Of a DNA stretch of 64,000 bases, positions 38,352 through 45,745 are shown piece by piece. The first letter of the stretch is position 1. Every line of letters starts with the position of its first letter. A program made the translations under genes and the position numbers. Under the pieces are notes generated by a model. That model was not told the DNA's origin and searched no databases. It saw nothing but the letters and a program-made list of their open reading frames with translations. This DNA is from an uncultured Bdellovibrionales bacterium (lineage in GTDB: Bacteria; Pseudomonadota; Alphaproteobacteria; Micavibrionales; SZUA-601), in NCBI GenBank assembly GCA_964496065.1, contig CAZBXD010000003.1, positions 5,806-69,805 on the forward strand, written 5' to 3'.

Positions 38352-39680
38352 TTAGTCTTCAAAAATACTGTCGAGGAAAAGAATACCAAGACGAGTACCA
38401 CTGGCAACTTTAACAGTAAGTGTTTTTCGATCAGCTTCATCATCGAGAATTTCAGAAAACTCTTCTGCCGCTTCTTCAAAACCAGCAAGAAGTTCATCTC
38501 CAGTATCTAAGTCATCTTGCGATTGAGCAACAGTTTCTCCTTCAATAGTAACAGTTGTTCCTTGTCTAACAGCAGCAGAAGCCCAACCTTCAACAAATTT
38601 AGCTGCTCCAGGCAGGAAAACCCGTGTGAAATAGTGATTATCAACATCCGTTGCGACCCCTGTGAGCGTTGTTGCTGGATCAACTGCGATCGCGTTAATT
38701 GCATATTCTTTACCGTTGAGAACAGCTTTACTGAAGGCAAGGACAAGATATTTATCTTGTAGAGAGAAATTTCCTAAAATACGAGCACCCGCAAGAGGGC
38801 CAGAAGCAATTTGTGCCAAGATAGGACCTGGAATATCAGAATTTGCCTGCGTCATCATCTGGCCATATTCAATAGTTCCAGCAGGGAGAAGCATTACTTG
38901 TGGTTCTTCTTCTGTAAGAGGGTCTTCATTAGCAGTTGTTCCACTGTTAGCAGCGGCCATTTGTTGTTCTTCAAGAGCTGGGTTTTCAATAACATATCCA
39001 GGGAGAATACCCTGATTAACGAGAACAGATTGTTGAGGAATCTGTGCTTGCAAAATCGCTTGCATTTGATTTTGAATATTTTGTGTCAAATTACCCACTT
39101 GCTCTGGCGATGGGCCGGTCGGCAGTTGTTGTATCATTTGTTGGCGTGGATTAATTTGTGGCGCTGGAGGAAGAGCGGGTGCAGCAACTTCTTCTGTTTT
39201 TTCTTCAGGGGTGTTGGGAAGGGTTGGTGGTCGTTCACGATTACGCTCTTCCCGACGTTTTTCTGCTTCACGACGCCACTGTGCGAGGGGGTCCTCTTGC
39301 TCTGTTTCTTCTGGTGCTTCAATTCGTTCAGTTGGACGCCCAATTGGAGTGGGTAAAGCGCTACCACCAGTTATCTCAGCTTCTTTTGCCCGCTGATCAT
39401 CAGCAGCCTCCACCGCTTCCTCATAAGCGGGAGTTAATTCCGCTTGCCCAGGAGCTTGTGTAACGGTGTTAGCAGAAGAGACGAGGGATAAGTCGGGCTT
39501 TTCATCATTACCGCCAATAAAAAGAAATGCTAAGATAGCAACGCCAATTGCCCCAACAATAGCAAAAAGCTTAAGGGCAGGGTTGTTATTCCAAACATCC
39601 GCCAGAGATACTTTTTGTTGCTGACCTTCTTCGAAATCGTCATCATCGTCATATAGGAGGGGGTCTTCTTCATTCACCAT
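38352..39680 (-). CDS. icmE/dotG: IcmE/DotG-like protein, short TraO-like form with VirB10/TrbI-type C-terminal domain
   Basis: 442-aa ORF; acidic N-terminus, one TM, Pro-rich linker, C-terminal TrbI-like domain (TQANSDIPGPILAQIASGPLAGARILGNF...AVDPATTLTGVATDVDNHY). Confidence 0.7.
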   Translation of the reverse strand: MVNEEDPLLYDDDDDFEEGQQQKVSLADVWNNNPALKLFAIVGAIGVAILAFLFIGGNDEKPDLSLVSSANTVTQAPGQAELTPAYEEAVEAADDQRAKEAEITGGSALPTPIGRPTERIEAPEETEQEDPLAQWRREAEKRREERNRERPPTLPNTPEEKTEEVAAPALPPAPQINPRQQMIQQLPTGPSPEQVGNLTQNIQNQMQAILQAQIPQQSVLVNQGILPGYVIENPALEEQQMAAANSGTTANEDPLTEEEPQVMLLPAGTIEYGQMMTQANSDIPGPILAQIASGPLAGARILGNFSLQDKYLVLAFSKAVLNGKEYAINAIAVDPATTLTGVATDVDNHYFTRVFLPGAAKFVEGWASAAVRQGTTVTIEGETVAQSQDDLDTGDELLAGFEEAAEEFSEILDDEADRKTLTVKVASGTRLGILFLDSIFED

Positions 39681-40698
39681 AGCGCGGCTCTTCTCTTTCT
39701 AATCGAACACGGGTCATATCTCCGTTATCAGATAAGATAACAACCGGTGCATCATTAATAACATAAACATTCATCCCGTCTGAAGATGAAGCGCTTCCTT
39801 GCCAAGTTGGAGAAAGCATTGTATGCGGGGTGCGGACGTAAACATTGCCCGCCATACGATAGGCTGTTGTTCGGCCATCTGTTCCGGTAGTTATTAAACG
39901 CTCAGCATCGCTTGGCGGAACCCCTTCTAAAATACCGGTAACAACTTGATCGCCGGCTACAATGTTCAAACCACCACCACTGATGATGGGCATATCTGCG
40001 TTGGGGCCGTATTCTGGAACGCGTGCATCAAATCGATAATGGACTGTATCGCCGCCGGTTGTAAGGGTAAATGTCAATGGTGTTGAAAAATCAAGAAGAC
40101 GAACGGACATATTTCCAGAAGCAAATTCTTTTAAGGGGGTAATACGAATAACATGACCACCAGGCTCTGGGGGTTTCACATCATAGGGACCGCCAAAACC
40201 AATATCAACAATTGGCCATGGTTCCCCCGTGATATCAAGAATTGTTAAGCTGGTGACATTATCAGGGGCCAACATAATAACTGGCGGCATTGCGGATGGA
40301 TCAAGCTTCATATCCTCAACCTGAATATCAGGGGTTGGCGGCCTATATACAGGTTTTTGAATGGCTTCTTGCGTCGTGCGTAACCTGGTCATGAAATCTT
40401 TGATTTCATCATCTTCCATGGGAAGAAAACTTGTGGTCGCGCGGTCAAGCGCTTCATCATGCGCCCTCTCTTTGATTTGTTGCAGGCGCTCTTGCTTAAG
40501 ATATTCAAATTCTTCCAAAAGATCTGGATCAAGCGCCATATCTGGATTGGCGGCGACCTCAGATGGGATCGGTGGGGGAAGTGTTGCCTGAGCCAAGGCC
40601 AGAGACGGAATAAGGGCAAAGCTTAGGACACTAGAAACCAGCAAAATACGAAGAGGTTTTCGCCATATATCTTTTTTAACATCGGTATGGATAGGCAT
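39670..40698 (-). CDS. icmK/dotH: IcmK/DotH-like outer-membrane-associated core protein (TraN-like)
   Basis: 342-aa ORF with signal peptide (LSFALIPSLALAQA). Size and position between icmL and icmE match IcmK; overlaps icmE by 11 nt. Confidence 0.6.
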   Translation of the reverse strand: MPIHTDVKKDIWRKPLRILLVSSVLSFALIPSLALAQATLPPPIPSEVAANPDMALDPDLLEEFEYLKQERLQQIKERAHDEALDRATTSFLPMEDDEIKDFMTRLRTTQEAIQKPVYRPPTPDIQVEDMKLDPSAMPPVIMLAPDNVTSLTILDITGEPWPIVDIGFGGPYDVKPPEPGGHVIRITPLKEFASGNMSVRLLDFSTPLTFTLTTGGDTVHYRFDARVPEYGPNADMPIISGGGLNIVAGDQVVTGILEGVPPSDAERLITTGTDGRTTAYRMAGNVYVRTPHTMLSPTWQGSASSSDGMNVYVINDAPVVILSDNGDMTRVRLEREEPRYGE

Positions 40699-40785
40699 GA
40701 GATCCGACTTTTGCTCCTATGTGTTTAACCCGTTCAATAAATGCCAAAGCTCTAAATAATTATTTAAAGTATGCTGTATTTTTTC

Positions 40786-41478
40786 CTATCGTGCAATCCA
40801 TTGTTGGATCCCAATTCCAGAGGGGTTATCCAAAGTTGAAACCCGTACAATAATCATACGAACTTTAACGTTATTGCTTTGTTGGGCGGCCCCTGCTTGG
40901 TATGTAACAATTAGCGGGAGTTCAACAATCCAGCGATAGATCCCATTAACCAAACCCTGTTGGATGATAACAGGCGCTTGTTGTGGGGCGGCGGTAACAA
41001 TTTGCTGGTTTTCTTCAACAGCTTCAATAATACGGGCACGATCAAGCGCCTCGGTAAAACTTTGCCAGCCACGGCGTGTGAAATAGGTGGATGATTCTTG
41101 TAACCGGCGCTGGTAATCATGAAATCCGAAGGTCATAATTTCTGATGCCGCACGAGCAGACCATGATACGATCGCCGCATCATTTAAATTTGGTTGCCCT
41201 AATGGGATCATTCTCACTAATCGCCCATCAGAAGTGGTCGCAAAAAACCGATCTTGCGGTTTTGACATGGAAACAGCAACCACAAGACCAACAATTAGAC
41301 CAATAATTGCCATCCCTTGGATTAAAACAAGGCGGGTTAAATTGCGGTACCCATCTCGATAAAAAGCGTTGCGTGTGACAACTGCGTTCAAAGCACTGGT
41401 ACTAAAACCACGATCTTTTTCGCTGGAAGGGGCTGATTTCATTTGATTTTTCGGCTTATTTTCCGGTTTTTTGGCCAA
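40786..41478 (-). CDS. icmL/dotI: IcmL/DotI-like inner-membrane protein (TraM-like)
   Basis: 230-aa ORF; NAFYRDGYRNLTRLVLIQGMAIIGLIVGLVV matches the IcmL N-terminal motif plus single TM; first gene of the block. Confidence 0.75.
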   Translation of the reverse strand: MAKKPENKPKNQMKSAPSSEKDRGFSTSALNAVVTRNAFYRDGYRNLTRLVLIQGMAIIGLIVGLVVAVSMSKPQDRFFATTSDGRLVRMIPLGQPNLNDAAIVSWSARAASEIMTFGFHDYQRRLQESSTYFTRRGWQSFTEALDRARIIEAVEENQQIVTAAPQQAPVIIQQGLVNGIYRWIVELPLIVTYQAGAAQQSNNVKVRMIIVRVSTLDNPSGIGIQQWIAR

Positions 41479-41710
41479 GGATCCCTCCCTTTTTCAGATT
41501 TACGCCATCCCATAATAGCGTCACTTTACGTTTGAGACCATTAATATTTTATTGATGGTCATGCGTTTAAATTTGCTTTTGTTGATTAAAGACTTGCAAT
41601 ATTGTTTATATTTTAGTAAAATTTTAAATGTTAGTCAAGCTGTTGGGTAAAGATATCTTTTTTTTCCTTGAAAAGTAAGATAGGATTAATCTGGATTACG
41701 GAGTGAAATA

Positions 41711-42985
41711 ATGGGTCAATCCATTCGGAAAATAAAAACAGTAAGTTTTTTCTGTTTAATGGTTTTTTCCTTACTTATACTTAATATCCAAAAAGCACAG
41801 GCGGCATGCGCCCCACCGCGTTCGGCATCCTCCTCAGCATCGAAGGTGGCGTCTACCTTGTCACGGGATGCGTCTTCGATGGGGGGGACTCTTACATCCC
41901 GAATTGGTAGGATTACGACTGAGTTTACAGCATCTTCTCAGCTTTTGATGCAACAAATCTCTCTTGCCTTAGGGGGGGTTGCCACTGCGGCTTCGGCCTC
42001 TGGAGAAAATATTGCTAAACACCTTTATAAAGTAGGTGATGCCTATCATACTAAAAAGGTAAACCTGCGGCTAGATTTTATTGCTCAGGAAATCGCCCGC
42101 GATAATATGATAGGCACATCTGATTGTATTATTACAACTGGTCGCCAATATAGAGGTGAGTCAAAAAGACTAGCAGAGGCAGCCGCAAATGCAATAGCAG
42201 GTGATTATCTTCTCGCTGTAGATAGTGCTGGTAGCTCGCTTAATATTTCAGATGCAGCAAACACAATTGAATTTCAAGCCGATCTGTTTCGGTATATGAT
42301 GGCTAACTATTGTAATCCGGATATGAATGGCGGTTTGGTGCCGACCGCGGCCAATCCGGTACAAACAGGATCCAGGCAGGTATGGTGTGGTATGGACCGC
42401 GGCGCAGGTGACGAATGGTTAATGGATTTTCACCTCAAGGCCCCCGCAATGTTGACCTCTCCATCACGCTTGATAGATGATCCTAGGGCGCATGAAGGGG
42501 TCATGGTGACCATGATGCTGCTTTTAGGGTTGCCGATGGATAAAATCAGCCTCCCGTCTTATGATACCCAAGCTGGGCAAGCTGCCTTTGTCGAACGGGT
42601 TAGAGCACAATCAAAGCGAAATCTGCCAGCAACATATATTGCTCGGCAATTTGGTAATATTATGCCAACCGTAGGCGATCAAGGAACAGAGTGGGCGCGA
42701 GAGATTTTGCATTACACCGAAGGCCAAGGCGCACACCCGTCAGTTACCCGTTATATCAATGCTAATTATGGTGACAATATTAGTTACAGTCAATTTATAG
42801 ATGCTATCGTAAAATATGTAACAACAGGGGCACAATATAGTCTTGATAATAAAGGCTTGAGTAAAGGCCAGTATCGACGGGCTGAAAAAAATTCTCGTGA
42901 TTTATTGAATTACCTTCAAAGTGAACGCCTATATGAAGCCCGCATTCGGAATCTTCTATTGGCGGCAAAGCTAGCGACTAATTAG
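41711..42985 (+). CDS. Secreted protein of unknown function, paralog A (divergent from icmL)
   Basis: 424-aa ORF; GGAG Shine-Dalgarno; signal peptide ending AQA followed by ACAPP; shares blocks with the next ORF (HLYKVGDAYHTKKVNLRLDFIAQEIARDNM / SLPSYDTQAGQAAFVERVR). Confidence 0.6.
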   Translation: MGQSIRKIKTVSFFCLMVFSLLILNIQKAQAACAPPRSASSSASKVASTLSRDASSMGGTLTSRIGRITTEFTASSQLLMQQISLALGGVATAASASGENIAKHLYKVGDAYHTKKVNLRLDFIAQEIARDNMIGTSDCIITTGRQYRGESKRLAEAAANAIAGDYLLAVDSAGSSLNISDAANTIEFQADLFRYMMANYCNPDMNGGLVPTAANPVQTGSRQVWCGMDRGAGDEWLMDFHLKAPAMLTSPSRLIDDPRAHEGVMVTMMLLLGLPMDKISLPSYDTQAGQAAFVERVRAQSKRNLPATYIARQFGNIMPTVGDQGTEWAREILHYTEGQGAHPSVTRYINANYGDNISYSQFIDAIVKYVTTGAQYSLDNKGLSKGQYRRAEKNSRDLLNYLQSERLYEARIRNLLLAAKLATN

Positions 42986-42995
42986 GGGATGTCGA

Positions 42996-44183
42996 TTGGG
43001 AATTAGTAAGATGATCCGAAAAAAGCCACAAATACGCCTGATCTGTTTAAGTTTGATCTGTTTTCTCGCAATTATTCCGCGGGTTAGTCATGCTCAGGTT
43101 TGTGCATGTATCCCACCTGGTGAACCAAGTTTAGCACATTCAGGTCTTCAAGGAGTAGTTCAGGCAGCCATTGAAGCAGCAGAACAGTCGATTGGTCGTG
43201 CCCTTGATGCACTGAAGGGGGCCCATAATACCCATTTTACTGAGCTTACAAAAAGAATATCCCTTGGGGCAGCGGGGGCAAGCACATCAATATCAAAAGC
43301 GGGCGATCTCATTGTTAAAACCCATTATAAAATCGGTGATGCTGCTCATTCAAAGGAACGTGACCTAGAAAAAGATGTTATTGGAGAAGGGCTTGCGCGT
43401 GACAATATGGTAACGGCTTATGGCTGTATGCGTGTGACAGAGCGATCAACAAAATCAGAATCAGCGTTACTGGCGAAAGCGGCAGAGGAAGCATTAATTG
43501 AACAATCCATTCAGCGGCTCAATAATACTGAAGGATTAACAAATATCGAAGCTGTTGCAAGAGACTATCAATATGCCTTGCGTTATGTTAACTTAAATAT
43601 GCCGAATGCACCACCTGGGGCGGGCGGCGGTTTTGTTGGTGGGGATAAAAATTTCAATGCAATTTTCAATGAAGGGACTCTTTCACCAGAGGGGTTAGAG
43701 ATGACAAAACAAGCTTTACGCCATCTCAATGATCCCGGGACTCAAAAGCGCGCCTTGCCTTCTTATGGAACTCAATCTGGGCAAGCGGCCTATATTGCCG
43801 AAGAGCGCCGTAAGGTTAGGAAAATTATCACGGATATCTTTTTTGCAAAGATGATGGCGGATGTCATGCCAACATCGAGTGATGGGGAGGCACATACCGC
43901 GCGTAGGCTTCGCAATGAAGGTGTTAATCCAGATCAAGCCGTGGCACAGTATATTCAGGCCGATCATCTAGATCAGGTAAGTGAAGCCGCTAAAAGGAAA
44001 GTCCAGCGTGAGGGTTTTCTGTCTGCTCAAACGGCACTTGACGATATCGGTAACAGCCAAGGCGGTTCCAGTATGGCAAGGCTTGAGGATTTAGCTATAG
44101 CCATCGAAGCGGAGTATAACGGTTTATTGCAAGATCGAATGAACAATATACTTCTGGCGATTGAATATGCTGATATGATTTAA
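42996..44183 (+). CDS. Secreted protein of unknown function, paralog B
   Basis: 395-aa ORF (TTG start preceded by AGGGGA; alternative ATG at 43011); signal peptide ending SHA followed by QVCACIPP; blocks THYKIGDAAHSKERDLEKDVIGEGLARDNM / ALPSYGTQSGQAAYIAEERR parallel paralog A. Confidence 0.6.
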   Translation: MGISKMIRKKPQIRLICLSLICFLAIIPRVSHAQVCACIPPGEPSLAHSGLQGVVQAAIEAAEQSIGRALDALKGAHNTHFTELTKRISLGAAGASTSISKAGDLIVKTHYKIGDAAHSKERDLEKDVIGEGLARDNMVTAYGCMRVTERSTKSESALLAKAAEEALIEQSIQRLNNTEGLTNIEAVARDYQYALRYVNLNMPNAPPGAGGGFVGGDKNFNAIFNEGTLSPEGLEMTKQALRHLNDPGTQKRALPSYGTQSGQAAYIAEERRKVRKIITDIFFAKMMADVMPTSSDGEAHTARRLRNEGVNPDQAVAQYIQADHLDQVSEAAKRKVQREGFLSAQTALDDIGNSQGGSSMARLEDLAIAIEAEYNGLLQDRMNNILLAIEYADMI

Positions 44184-45500
44184 TTAAATGCTTTTTTGCT
44201 TAAGAACGTAAATGGCACCGTTAATCGGTGCTTTTTTATTTATTCGCAGACACGCTTTATCATGGGACTGTATCGTGAAATCATATGTTTCAGCAAGCTG
44301 TTCAATATAAGAATCGCTATGGGCATAGCGAGCAGTATCAAGGAGTTTAAAACTGTCAGTTTCTGTATCGTCCAAACTCTCTAGGGTAAAAGCAAAAACA
44401 CCCTCTGGATGCAATATTTTTTTTACCGCAGAAAAAACACGCTCCAAAGCACCGACATAAACAAAAACATCAACCGCACTGATCAGGTGACAAGAATGGT
44501 CATTTTGTGCCATTAACGCTTTTGTGAGATCGCTACAAATAATATCGTCATAAATCTGTTTTTCCTGGGCTTTGTTGAGCATCTTTTGCGACAGATCAAC
44601 CCCAATCGATAAATCAATATCTTGTCGAATTAGAATACCAAATAATCCAGTTCCAGCACCCAAATCAACTGATTTCAAGCTTTGGTGATTTGATTTTAAA
44701 ATCTCCAGCTCTTTTTTGATTGCCTGATAAAGGAGATCAGGGGCGCGATAGTCAAGTTCCCCAGTTAGCTTTTCTTCGAAAGTTTCAGCAAAATCATCAA
44801 ACAGGGCAGAGACATAGTCTTCTGGGGCATTCTTCGGTGTGTCCCCTCTAATATTCGCTAACATAAATTGAGCGGAGCCATGATTCGGTTTTAAAGAAAT
44901 CGCCTTTTGATAATGCTCAATGGCTTGGTCCTTTTGTCTTTTTTTACGATAAAGATTGCCCAAGCCCATATAGGCTTCAAAATTTTTATCGTCATGACTC
45001 AGCGCTTGCTTAAATAATGTAATTGCTTTGTCGTTATGATTTTTTTTCTCATAACAAGCAGCCAAATTCACCATGGCTTTTATATGAGTCGGATCGATAG
45101 CCAAAACTGATTCGTAAAGATTTTCAGCTTGCGTATTTTGCCCAAGATTTTCTAGGGCAACACCTAAATTAAACAGAAAGCCCGAATTGTTTGGCTGAGA
45201 GTTAAGGGCAGCCAGATGAAGTTCTGAAGCGCGTAAAAAATTGCCATTCATCTGTTCAATAACGCCGAGATGATCAAATGATTCGCTGTGAAATGGGTTG
45301 AGTTGAACGGTTTTTTCAAGATCCTGGCGCGCTTGGTCAAACTGCCTCGCTTGGATAAACAGCTTTGCGCGCATGGCAAAAAATTCAAAACGGGTTGGAT
45401 AGGCCACAATTGCTTTATTCAAAGCGTTTGATAAACGATCAACTTTTCCTAATTCCGCTAGTTTTTGACAGTCTTTGAGAGCTGTTTGTGCATCAGACAC
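44184..45500 (-). CDS. TPR-repeat protein fused to a class I SAM-dependent methyltransferase
   Basis: 438-aa ORF; about six TPR units in the N-terminal 220 aa; SAM motif I SVDLGAGTGLFG in the C-terminal half; divergent from flagellin. Confidence 0.7.
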   Translation of the reverse strand: MSDAQTALKDCQKLAELGKVDRLSNALNKAIVAYPTRFEFFAMRAKLFIQARQFDQARQDLEKTVQLNPFHSESFDHLGVIEQMNGNFLRASELHLAALNSQPNNSGFLFNLGVALENLGQNTQAENLYESVLAIDPTHIKAMVNLAACYEKKNHNDKAITLFKQALSHDDKNFEAYMGLGNLYRKKRQKDQAIEHYQKAISLKPNHGSAQFMLANIRGDTPKNAPEDYVSALFDDFAETFEEKLTGELDYRAPDLLYQAIKKELEILKSNHQSLKSVDLGAGTGLFGILIRQDIDLSIGVDLSQKMLNKAQEKQIYDDIICSDLTKALMAQNDHSCHLISAVDVFVYVGALERVFSAVKKILHPEGVFAFTLESLDDTETDSFKLLDTARYAHSDSYIEQLAETYDFTIQSHDKACLRINKKAPINGAIYVLKQKSI

Positions 45501-45651
45501 GGGGCTGTCTCCTTTGTTCGGTCTGCATTTTAGGAGAAGGAAGGCGATAAATAAAGATATAATATAAAATCATATCTCCATGAAAATTAATGTTTTTAAC
45601 CTTTTCGGGTCATCATATGTTAGTTTTTTAACAAATTATTTCCCATATTAA

Positions 45652-45684
45652 TTAACGCGTTTTTAACGACTCATGCGCTATCCT
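45652..45684 (+). promoter_or_regulatory. Candidate CtrA-box promoter of the flagellin gene (TTAA-N7-TTAAC, N11, TATCCT)
   Basis: ATTAACGCGTTTTTAAC at 45651-45667, and a -10-like TATCCT at 45679-45684, about 62 nt upstream of the ATG. It has the same architecture as the flp upstream region. Confidence 0.45.
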
Positions 45685-45745
45685 TAACAGGTCGCCGAGA
45701 ATTGGCGACTTAAGTAGAAAACTTAAAACTTTTAGGAGAAAAACT

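Noticed and set aside
38811-39356. Long ORFs antisense to well-supported genes (for example 38811-39356, 37665-37991, 29722-30126, 11065-11430, 308-682, 22026-22400)
   Set aside because: Each lies entirely inside a gene with clear family motifs on the other strand. Their translations are low-complexity or Cys/Arg/Ser-rich with no recognisable motifs. They are ORF shadows.
41541-41560. A PmrA-like regulatory element (a TTAATATT half-site, as in Legionella/Coxiella dot/icm promoters) upstream of icmL
   Set aside because: Only one good half-site is present; the second repeat (TTGATGGT) is poor. Such AT-rich octamers are expected by chance, and a PmrA orthologue in this lineage is unknown.
45600-45745. 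A sigma-28-type flagellin promoter (TAAA-N15-GCCGATAA), based on GCCGAGAA at 45693-45700
   Set aside because: There is no TAAA-like -35 at the required spacing, and GCCGAGAA is part of the leader hairpin stem-loop instead.
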